A stretch of DNA of 63,116 nucleotides, filler included, from Craspedostauros australis (lineage: Eukaryota): NCBI GenBank assembly GCA_030167865.1. It is 8 parts of 8 records of this genome, joined end to end, with 100 filler letters (N's around TTAATTAATTAA, not from the genome) between each part and the next. Parts side by side here need not be neighbours in the genome. Positions count along the whole stretch, not along the records: positions 1 to 25,849 come from JALAGF010005295.1; 7 more parts are not named here. One strand, written 5' to 3'. A model generated the notes under the pieces. The model ran no database searches and had not been told where the DNA came from. It saw only the letters and a program-made list of their open reading frames with translations. The position numbers and the translations under genes are program-made. The stretch's first letter is position 1, and the number at the start of each line of letters is the position of its first letter. This document shows, piece by piece, positions 1-9,810 of this stretch.

Positions 1-2057
1 TACACCTTCAGAATATCCAACCATTCATCTTCGCTTGCCGGTGGTGGTCCACCGAACAACGACTCGTACAATGCACGATGCCCATCCTCGCCCGTTCCAT
101 CGTCCTCCGCGAAGCCCTCCAGCGCCGTTCGCAACAGCAACCACGAAAACGTAGATCCTAAACATGCCGCTAGCGGCAGCAGGTACTGTGCCGTATCGAT
201 CTGCTGCAGCTTCAGCTCCATCAGCTCCACCACGTTGATGGTTGCCGGAGTCTCTCGCTTGATCTGATCGTTGTCCCACACCCACTTCATCGATGCGATG
301 TCGTATGACAGCAGGGTGTCCTTGACGAGCATCCGAATGAACTGCTGGACGAAGAAGACGTTTCCATCCGTTTTCTTGAACATGATCTCTGCCAGTCCGT
401 AGCTGTTGCTATTGCGGTCATCACCGTCGTTGCTGTAGATACCCAGTAGCTGTTTGAGCATGGTATGCACGTTGTCCAACGAGAGGTTGTTGACCTCGAG
501 ACTGACGTACCGAATGAAGCGCTCCCGCTTCTTCTTCTGGATGGATGACAGCATCTGGCCAACCAGATCGGCCGTGTTCGATGTGGCCACAGAGTCCAAG
601 TCCGAAGTGCGCTTGTTGCTGGTGCCAATAGTATTCCTGACATTGCCTTCAGCATTTCTGGCATTGCCTTCAGCATTGCTGGCATTCCCATTGTCGATTC
701 CGTCCATGTTGACGAGGTTGGATCGGAAGCAGATGACGACCATGAGAGAGGAGATGGTGGTGTCCAGCATCCACGACTCGATCATGTTGAGTGATTCCTT
801 GTCTGCCCATTGGACATCATCGGATACCCACACGAGGGGACAGCAGCTGCAGATGATCTTGATGAATCGTCGGAAGGCGAACTTGAGTCGAATGGACTGC
901 TCCTTGAAGCCTTCTGTTGTCTGCGCAGGTTGGCCGGCAGAAAGGACTGTGCTTTCGTCACCGTCACCGTCACCATCACCGTTGCTGTTGCCGTTGCTGT
1001 CGGCGTGGTTGTCTTGTGTGCTTCTGTATGATAGCGCCTCGTTGCCGACGACATCGATCAGGTTGGGAATGAGCTTGTGAAGCGATTGCAGTTCAGCAAT
1101 GTTAAGATCATCTGTGATGCGCTGCCTGATCATGTCGAAGCTTCGGGTGTGCTGTTCTTCGCGATGCTTGGTGTCAACACGGCTTCTTGGAAGAGCGCAG
1201 ATCTGCGAACACAGATCGGCCATCGCGGTTCGGAAGCCAGAGTACGGTTCATCCATCTGCTTGAGATCGAACTTTCCGGACACGAAGAAGACATCGTTGG
1301 CCTTGCACTTTGGTCGCAGCGTGTTGGCCAGCGCCGATTTTCCGGTGCCCGAGTATCCGGAGATGGACACGAGGGATCGGACGGTGATAGCTTGTGCTGT
1401 CACATGTTGGACGAGAGCGTTTTGATTGTCTGGGTTGATCGCATTGCTCGCATAGATTGCGTTGCTTTCCTCGTCATTCGGACCCGTTGACCTCTCTTTG
1501 TCTGATGAAGATGAAGATGGTGGTGAGGCTGCGGACGTTGGCTTCTTGAGGATCTGCTGGAATAGACGGTCGAGGACGCGCTTCTCCTTTTCTCGTCCGA
1601 TGAGACTGATGCGCGAGAAGTCGAGAGAGCTTTGGGAGAATTCCGCCAGCTTTCTGGCTGTACGCATGCGGTTGGTCTCTGTTGCGAGCGTCGGTCCATC
1701 CTTCAGAATGCTGTTCGGCATTCCGTGTCGGTTGGAGGGCGATGTTTCCGTTGGTAGTTGGAGAGAGTGCATCCCACCCCTGTGCTGGCTGCTTGCCCCG
1801 TTGCTGACGTTGAAGGTGTTGGGCGTGTGGGGCGTGTTGGATGTGTTGCGTGCCGCGGATGCTGGCACCTTGGAGGAGCTGGGCGAAGTGAGGGTGGACG
1901 AGCAGCGCAGCTGATGGCCTGTCACATTCGGCTGTCCATTGCTGTCAGTTGATGAAGAATAGTCAAATGAGCTGTCACAGTCGACGGTGCGGGAAGCAAA
2001 AGTCCCATCATCGTGCTTCCTGTCATCGCAGAGTGTCGTTGCGTTCATCGCCATCAT
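1..2057 (-). CDS. AAA_16/STAND-like P-loop NTPase domain protein, 3' end runs off the window
   Basis: Manual translation of the minus strand from ATG 2057 (absent from the ORF track because there is no stop in the window): LIGREKEK, Walker A ISGYSGTGKS (~1335-1365), SGKFD, Walker B-like WVSDDVQWAD, and KKTDGNVFFV. The plus-strand ORFs here are antisense shadows. Confidence 0.85.
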   Translation of the reverse strand, partial: MMAMNATTLCDDRKHDDGTFASRTVDCDSSFDYSSSTDSNGQPNVTGHQLRCSSTLTSPSSSKVPASAARNTSNTPHTPNTFNVSNGASSQHRGGMHSLQLPTETSPSNRHGMPNSILKDGPTLATETNRMRTARKLAEFSQSSLDFSRISLIGREKEKRVLDRLFQQILKKPTSAASPPSSSSSDKERSTGPNDEESNAIYASNAINPDNQNALVQHVTAQAITVRSLVSISGYSGTGKSALANTLRPKCKANDVFFVSGKFDLKQMDEPYSGFRTAMADLCSQICALPRSRVDTKHREEQHTRSFDMIRQRITDDLNIAELQSLHKLIPNLIDVVGNEALSYRSTQDNHADSNGNSNGDGDGDGDESTVLSAGQPAQTTEGFKEQSIRLKFAFRRFIKIICSCCPLVWVSDDVQWADKESLNMIESWMLDTTISSLMVVICFRSNLVNMDGIDNGNASNAEGNARNAEGNVRNTIGTSNKRTSDLDSVATSNTADLVGQMLSSIQKKKRERFIRYVSLEVNNLSLDNVHTMLKQLLGIYSNDGDDRNSNSYGLAEIMFKKTDGNVFFVQQFIRMLVKDTLLSYDIASMKWVWDNDQIKRETPATINVVELMELKLQQIDTAQYLLPLAACLGSTFSWLLLRTALEGFAEDDGTGEDGHRALYESLFGGPPPASEDEWLDILKV

Positions 2058-3274
2058 GGTTTGCAAGTCCGAGAGTGGTTGAGATTTATTTATGCCTGCA
2101 TGCTGTTGCTCGGTGGTCACAGGTGTCTGTGATCTTGTTGCTGCTGCTGCCGCTTTTGCTGCTGATTTTACTGTTACTGATGTTGATCTCCCACGTGAAG
2201 AGAGGATTGGCACGTCGCGCGGCACACTCGTACCATGGCAGCGACCGCCACCATCAAGCCAAGTCGGCGTTGCGATAGGCGTGGCGCGACACTCCGCCAG
2301 CTTTTCGCTTTGGCGCATCTTTCTGCGCCATGTTCCTCTCTCTCTGTGCAATTTTGTGAGGCCATTGTCACAGTCGCTGTCCACGGCGTCAAAGACAAGC
2401 AAGGACATGCCATTCTGCTACACCCGCTTAAATGAATCGTATCACGATCATCTTCCAGACAACCAGTTGTCCGTCAGCGCGAGCTTAATAGTCGTCACCT
2501 CATCCAGAGTCATAACGCCCTTTACAGCTCACTTGTTTTCAATGTTCGTTTCTGCAATGCAGCGATAGGGAAGATGTCAACCACATCTTTTAGCAGAGAA
2601 AGTTGACACGAACTGCAGGTGTGTGGCCAACTGCCAGAGAATCTGTCGCACGAGCCCGGAGCGCGAAGGCACCGAGGCTGGCACAAGATGAATACCTCAC
2701 GCAGCAAAGCATCCCTATCCGACCCATCCAAACATTAGCGGCTAGAGGAGGTCGTATTGATGCAGCGTACGAGCGAGTAGTGTGAAGCAGGTCGGAAGGA
2801 GCCGGAAACTCTGCACAATGCGTGCTGGGAGGTGTGCTGAATCCTCGGGAAACATTTTCGTTCGCCTCCCGAAGGTCGCCGCCTGATCCACGTACCAGGC
2901 GTCAAGCAGGGCATGGACAGGGCACAACGACACAGGTTTTGGCTTGAAGCCGTCACACAGAGCCTCGATCGCACACTCCATCCACCCTCACATGTCCAAT
3001 TCTGCAAACAGTGTTGTTCCATGTTCCAGTGGGGATGGCGAAGGCGAGGTTCTCGTTGGGACTATTCGTTTTCTGTTCTGCTCCGCGCTGTTCGAACACT
3101 TCACTTCAAGAAGACATGGTGGCGACGCCGGTCACAAACAGCAAAAGGTGGACTTTTTCCTCTTTGGTGACTGGACGAGGATCTCCAGTGCGCTTGCATC
3201 ACACCCAACGAAATCCTATCAACACGTCAACAAACCCAGCACAAGCAACAGTCAGTTCCATCTCGCGCAAAACG

Positions 3275-3347
3275 TTCCGATACCGGGACTCGAACCCGGG
3301 TATCCTGCGTGAAAGGCAAGTATGCTAACCACCTACATCATATCGGA
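3275..3347 (-). tRNA. tRNA-Glu (anticodon TTC)
   Basis: The reverse complement folds as a cloverleaf: acceptor TCCGATA/TATCGGA, D-loop GGT, anticodon arm CTTGC-CT-TTC-AC-GCAGG, T-loop GGTTCGAGTCC. A TTTT Pol III terminator follows, and there is no encoded CCA. Confidence 0.95.
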
Positions 3348-4133
3348 GTAAATTGGTCCCTTCGAAGGCGTTTTCTTGCTACATGAATGGTGCAACGAGG
3401 CTTGTCGTGGCGTCGATTGTGCAATGTGCGGTCCGCAACATTGTCAGCAACACCGGATCTTGCTTGTCTTGGGGAGAAGGATTAGGTCGGCCAGTCAGTG
3501 TGAATAGAGACGTCTACGTGGTCATTGATGCGCCCAGGTTGCGGTCGATGTCATTCATGTGCAAGCCGAAGGCTGATCCAGATGAACAGCGTTGTCGATG
3601 AACACCGCATCATCTCTCTCTTTCGCAATCGGCTGTCAGCGTGTCAGCTCTTTCTCAGATTGTATTCAATCTCCCTCTTCAAAATCAAGTCTCACATCAA
3701 CAAGTTGGACGGCACAAGAGCAGAGGAGACATGTTGGTGGTGGACACAACCGTGTGCCACTCTCGAGCACAGGATACTCGATGTCAACAAGACAACATAG
3801 TTATGGTTGGTCTTTGGCTTTTCATTGTTTCTGTTGTGTCTCAAATCCGAAGCGCTATATTGTCTGTTACAGAAGGACACTCTGTTCTGATTGGGGGATG
3901 CGGCAAATACTATATTTATAAATTACTTTTTTTGCGCAACCGAAATCGCACAACGTGGTGCAATTTCGACTTCGCCGCTGCAATTGCGCAGACACGAGAC
4001 GGCTGCCGTCTGTGTCAATACAACTGGCACAACAGCTTCACACGATTTCGAAATGTGGTATGGCAATATGATTGTGCTACTAGCGTGCGGCACATCGTTC
4101 CGCTGTCCTATTGTCGCATGGTCTTTGCTGAAC

Positions 4134-5844
4134 TCAGCTTGTCGCCGACGTCTCGCTGGGCTCCTTGAGGTCCTCGCTGCTGTCATCCGTATCCGGCAGC
4201 ACGATGAAGTCCTGCCGACAGCATGGACACTCCATGGGGAACTGGCAGATCTTCTCGAGCTCGTCTTCGCCGACGGCCTGATTGTTCTGTCGACGGCGCT
4301 TGCGCGCTGTCTTGCGTCCCACCGTCAGCAGCCAATGCATGATGCAGGATTCGTGGAAGATGTGCGAGCATTGCTTGTTGGAGCTCCATGTGACGTTGTC
4401 GCCGGCCTCGAGAGGCGCGATGCAGATGGCGCATCCGTTCGGTACGTTGCGTCGTGTCGTCGTCGTCACGAAGGCATCTTTTTGATTGTCGGGCGATGGT
4501 TTCGTTTGCCCGGCCAACGGGACGCGCAACATCTCATCGGTGTCGTCTGGCGCTTCCGTCGGATCGAAGGTTTCCTCCAGCATCTCGTCGCAAGAATCCA
4601 CGCTGTCGGCACGCTGTCTGCGCACGGTTGGTTCACCCTTCATGGGTGCCACTTCGTCGTCGTGACCGAGCGGGATTTCGAGAACTGGCGGCGTCTCGTC
4701 GTCGCCATCATTATTGTCGTCGTTGCAGTTGGAAATCGGGACCGTTTGCTCCGGTCCAAAGGACGTCGACGATTCCGTGGGCATGCTCGTGCTCGGTCGC
4801 AGTTCATCCGCGTCGCCATCGGTGTCCGTGGTTTCCGTGGTGCTGGAGACGATGACACTCGAGTCCGGTACGTCGCATGATTGCGATTGCTGCAATGCAT
4901 CGTCAACGCCATCGTTGGAATTGGGATTGCCCGACTTGGGTTTGTTGTGCGTGGCGCCGAAGCTGAAGCGCCTCGTGCTCGTGGCTTGGTTGTTGCTGCT
5001 GTTGTTGTTTGGGCTGAGGCCGAGGAGGTTGAGGATGGAACGACCTGAGTGGTTGCTGTGATTGTCCTTGATCTCATCGGTCTTGAAGATGTCATCTTCT
5101 TCCAGCTCCTGCGTGATTAGTTCGTTGGTGCGTGTCCGCGGAGATGGTGGAGGCGTGGAACATGTTGCAAGGCACAAGAGTGAGCAGATTGGCGGTTTGA
5201 CGAATGCGAAGGGTGATGCGTTGTGGTCAAGATGGGAAGAGTTCGGTGGTGATGCACGAACAAGAACAAGAATGGAAAGGAACATTGCCGAGCGTGTTGT
5301 GGAACATGGTGGAAATGCAGGAACGCTTGATAGCACGGTTCCGATTCAACAACATCACCATCTCCCGGTTTGATGGCTCTCCCATTCGACAATGAACGTG
5401 ACGGACGGTACCCCACAACACAACGCAACGCAATGCAATACTCGTGATGTGTAGTATGGTACGTACCATGGTGTAATCTTGCATGGAACTCTTGAGGAAC
5501 TGCTGGCGGATCTCATCCTCCTGCGTCTTGGAGAGTTCGAATCGCTGCCTGCGCTGCTGCGCCATGCGCTGGCGACGTTCCGCTGCCGGCGTCATGATGC
5601 GGCGCATGGTCTCATCCGGCGACAGGCCGACATTCCAACGGCGTTCCTTGAGTCGCATGCGGCAGATCAATCGTCGTCGCTTGTTCCCGATGAAGGGGAG
5701 CATGATGAAGATGAGCATGCCGAGGATCCAGATGGTGAAGAAGAAGCCGCTGCTGGAGATGTCCATGTCATCGTCGCCTCTGCTGTTGTTGTTCGGTTGC
5801 GGCGTGGGCGGTAAGGTCGGGATGGTGGTTACGGTTGACGTCAT
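4134..5844 (-). CDS. Single-TM RING-H2 E3 ubiquitin ligase (ATL-like); exons 5844-5467 and 5108-4134
   Basis: N-terminal TM segment FFFTIWILGMLIFIMLPFI. Intron GTACGT...CTAAT-CACGCAG (5466-5109) joins the exons in frame. RING-H2 CAIC...CSHIFHESC...W...CPCC with an insertion before the last Cys pair. Confidence 0.88.
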
Positions 5845-7708
5845 CGTGGGGCGAAGTCTTCGTTTGCTTTGTGTGGCGGTGCGCTGCGTTACGATGCGCT
5901 GAGTTGTGGCAGGAGGGAGACGGACAATGACTCTTTCTGCGTCGGATGAATAGAGTGGGAACAGCGTTGAGTACGAGTACTATCACTTGTGAGGTGCGCA
6001 AGAACTTGCGTTTGCGTTTGACTTTGGTCCGATTTGCTTTTTGTGTGGATGTTGTTCGCCAAACCAGCGGCAAATCAGCGAACTGAGCAACTTCGTGGGA
6101 TTGGGCGCCGCGCGTTGCTCGGTGTAAGTTTTTCGCACGTTGGCACAGTATGTGTCCTTTTGGACGCCGTTGAGGGAGCCTTTCACGTAGTCACTCACAG
6201 AAGAACGAGAGAAACCGAAACCAATGCACAGTGGCAATGCCAAACACGATGACAGTGGCACAAGAGAGGATGATGACAGTGAAGTTCGCGATGGTGATGT
6301 CTCGAATCTGTTGCAGCAACCTCACGCCTCTCACCTCCTTCGCTCTGTTGCAGATACGAGTACGAACACGAGTACTGCAGTGCAAACTTGCTCCTCCAAT
6401 TGCGTTCGCCTGTCTCTCTCCTTCTCTTGTCTACGCGTATCCTGTGGGCGCAGGTTTTCTCTCGTCTCTGCTTGCTGGCGCCTTCACGATCTGCGGCGAC
6501 TACAGTTTTGCGTGTCTGCACCGCGTTGGTGCGTTGCCGGAGCGATGTGATGGCATCACAGCAGATGGATGACTTCGCGTCTGTGTCGGGAAGGGAGAAT
6601 GTAACGAGAATCTTGGTGACAGCAGTTCCAATCGATTCTTCCAGCAGTCGCGAATAATACAACACAACAGTTCCCAGAAGAGGAGTTTGTTCCCATGTTC
6701 CACACCTTTCGAAGGAGGTCATCAGGTCATCCGTGACGTCAAATGTGGGCACGCAGAGGCAGCAAAGGGGCTCTATCATCTGTTCCCCAGCGACCGAAAA
6801 CGAGTCATTCGTTACGAAGCAAAGAACAGGCATCGCGAAGGCCGACTCGCACGCTGGGAAGATGTCACAGAAGCAGAATCCATCCAAACGCGATACGGAC
6901 GACGGTCAGAATCCGGGGGTCGAGGGTTCGCTTTTGAGTGGTTCTCATTCAGTAACGTCTTCCAACGACAAGTGTCACAAAAGACGCCCACAAGACATAT
7001 TGTCACAATTGAAACGGACACAGCGATCTTTGTTTCCAGTTCAACAGCAACGCACTGTTGTTGTGACCAACAGCAGGAGGCAAGAGCAAAGAATGCTTCA
7101 TAGCCAAAGACAGGATGCCATCATCATCATCATCACTCACCGAAGCGAGCAACCAAGCAAGACAAGACAAGCAACCAAGAAGAACAGAGCACGACTGTGT
7201 GTTGCGATTGCTCCTTGGAAGCGAAGGCAGTTGACATACCACAAACATCTAACTCATCATCATTGATATAATACTACGCAACCATCCAAGAGAAGAACAG
7301 CGCTGCCACACACAACATTCCAACACAGTTATTTGCACGCTCTGCTCTATTCTTGTGGTTTGATCTCCATCATCATCATCATCATCATCATTGGCGGCAA
7401 GAAGGGCAACGGCATCCATTGCAGATAGCATAGCATACTTATTCATACATTGATTCATTGATTCATTCATTGATCGACTTGGTCTGTGGTGTTGCAAGCA
7501 ACAGAACAGCAGAACAGCAGTTGAGAACTGGGTGCAGGAGAACACAACAGAACAGAATTCAGCGCAAAGGAATTGAAGACGGATTCAGCCGCAAAACCCA
7601 AGAGAGCTCTGCATTCGGAACCTCTCCAACTGCCTTTGATCTCTGTCTACTATTATACCAGACCATACGACCATAGAGAGAACAACAACAACAACGAAAG
7701 CACCCACC

Positions 7709-9490
7709 ATGACACCACCCCGCGAATGGAGGATCTGCGCCGCGCTGCTGCTCTCCACAGCGCACGCATCCTTCCTCAATGCGCCGCAGCCTGGCATGCC
7801 GGCAACGCATTTGCAGCAAGTCGCGACGGACACGACGCCATCGCCGCGCGACATGGCGCAATTCGTCTCGAGGCAGCTGTTCGACAAGGTGTTGCATCGC
7901 GTCGACTTGACGGGAAAGCAGACCAAGAGCGATGCCAACGCTGTGGCCTTGCAAGATGTCGAGCCGTTGCTGCGACCCAAGCCCGCTCCGCAGCTTGCCG
8001 ACATTGCCGATGACACGACCGCGTTGTCCAAGTTCCAAGATGAGTTGCGGCGGCGTGAGCGTGGTGGTGGTGTGGCAGAAGAAGAACATGAAGAAGAAGT
8101 GGCTGTGGAAGAGACCGTTCTCAATGAAAAGGAGGAATCAACTGCCACGCAACTCCCAACGACAACTGACGGCAGCATCGTCAACTCCATCATGACCTTC
8201 GTGGAAGCCGATGTTCCCGTCTTGCCACAACCACCGCAGATGGAGCAAGAAACCATTCCTGAAAAGACGATCATCGAGGTGCAAGAAGCGGATGATGACG
8301 ACGACGACGACGATGCCATTGAGGAAACAACTGAGACTCCACCCATCGAGGTGCAAGAAGACGACGACGACGACGAAGAAGAGCTGCCTGCCGCCGAGGA
8401 ACCATCGCCAGATGAGCACATGGAGATGGAACCTGCAGAATCGATCGCGGAAGCACGTCGCCAACCAAAGTCGCCACAGGAAGAGGCAGCGTTGGCCGCC
8501 AAGTACGCCGCCATCGATTCGCTTGAAGACAGGATGTTCACAATCCTGCAAGATCTGGGCATGGTCGGATTGCACGATGCGGAGCCAGAACTTCTCGTGG
8601 TCGAAGACGACGGTATCGACGACACAGATGATGATGACACAGGTGATGATGACACAGGTGATGAAGACGGTATCGATGTTTTGGACACCACACCGGAACA
8701 AGCTGCTGAGGAAGCTGCCGACGAGCCGCAACTCGCAAGTGCGGATCTTGCTGCACCTGAAATCGTCACACCAAAGCCACTCGAAGTCGTCTACGAGCCT
8801 CCACCCGTCGCATCCCTGCCCCCCAGGCTAACCCAACAAGAGATCCAGGAGGCACGTCGCCAACCAAAGTCGCCGGAAGAAGAGGCAGTCCTGGCTGCCA
8901 AGTACGCCGCCATCGATTCACTTGAAGACAGGGTGTTCGCCATCCTGCAAGATCTGGGCATGGTCGCTGTCCAAGAGGCGCTCGAACCGACACCATCCAA
9001 CACCGCGCAACCGGGTTTCACTGCCGTGTCCTACGCGGCCAGCACGCGCGAGGCATCGATCCCGGTTCCGGCCACACAACTGCAGGCCACCGCCGTCACG
9101 TCCGAGTCCTTGGAGACGTCGCATCCACCCAGCCTCCTCCAAAAGATCCGCCCCAAGCGCGTCGTGACCGGCCTCAAGCACTTCGTGTCACGTTCGCGCG
9201 ATCCGCTGCACCTGTCGCCAATCAGCAAGACCGTCCGTCTGCGCAACCGCATGCTCGACACTCTCGCCATCGTGTGGGGCAAGTTCAAGAGCGTGCCGGG
9301 CGTGCGAGTCGACGTCGATGTCGATCACCGCATCAACGCCGATCTGGGTTACCTGCCGCGTTGCATCCGAGAAGCGCGCCAGCAACCCAAGTCGGTCGAG
9401 AAAGAGTTGGCGCTGGCTCAGAAGTACGCCTCCATCGATGATCTCAGCGATCGTGCCGCCGTCATTTTGGATGATCTTGGCATGATCTAG
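7709..9490 (+). CDS. Acidic, low-complexity protein with signal peptide (possibly plastid-targeted) and three copies of a ~40-aa RQPKS...DLGM module
   Basis: 593-aa ORF with hydrophobic leader AALLLSTAHAS|F. Modules lie at ~8450-8566, ~8848-8965 and ~9371-9487, separated by D/E-rich spacers. Confidence 0.85.
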   Translation: MTPPREWRICAALLLSTAHASFLNAPQPGMPATHLQQVATDTTPSPRDMAQFVSRQLFDKVLHRVDLTGKQTKSDANAVALQDVEPLLRPKPAPQLADIADDTTALSKFQDELRRRERGGGVAEEEHEEEVAVEETVLNEKEESTATQLPTTTDGSIVNSIMTFVEADVPVLPQPPQMEQETIPEKTIIEVQEADDDDDDDDAIEETTETPPIEVQEDDDDDEEELPAAEEPSPDEHMEMEPAESIAEARRQPKSPQEEAALAAKYAAIDSLEDRMFTILQDLGMVGLHDAEPELLVVEDDGIDDTDDDDTGDDDTGDEDGIDVLDTTPEQAAEEAADEPQLASADLAAPEIVTPKPLEVVYEPPPVASLPPRLTQQEIQEARRQPKSPEEEAVLAAKYAAIDSLEDRVFAILQDLGMVAVQEALEPTPSNTAQPGFTAVSYAASTREASIPVPATQLQATAVTSESLETSHPPSLLQKIRPKRVVTGLKHFVSRSRDPLHLSPISKTVRLRNRMLDTLAIVWGKFKSVPGVRVDVDVDHRINADLGYLPRCIREARQQPKSVEKELALAQKYASIDDLSDRAAVILDDLGMI

Positions 9491-9810
9491 AGAACAGTGG
9501 GGACGGAAATGATTTCATGTTCATATTCTATTCGAATGGCAGTAGTAGACAGCATATTACATCATGTGTTGAATCATGGAGTTTGTCAGGCTCTCTCGCT
9601 CTCTAGACTCATTCAGTATGGTACCAAACGGGACAATGACATTGAGTGAGTACCGTTTCCTCCGTACTTTTTGCGTTGATGCGAAGTTCAAATCAGCAAC
9701 ATTCTGCTGCAGCCACATCCGGCGACATCCACAATCATAAAAAAGAAATCCGCAGACATCGGGGTCATCGCTGGCCTTCATCATCGATGGCGACAACTGC
9801 AAGCACCACC

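Noticed and set aside
7585..8769. Long antisense ORFs (also 454-1080, 3891-4880, 45652-46494 and 60202-61344)
   Set aside because: They are shadows of real genes on the opposite strand in GC-rich coding DNA.
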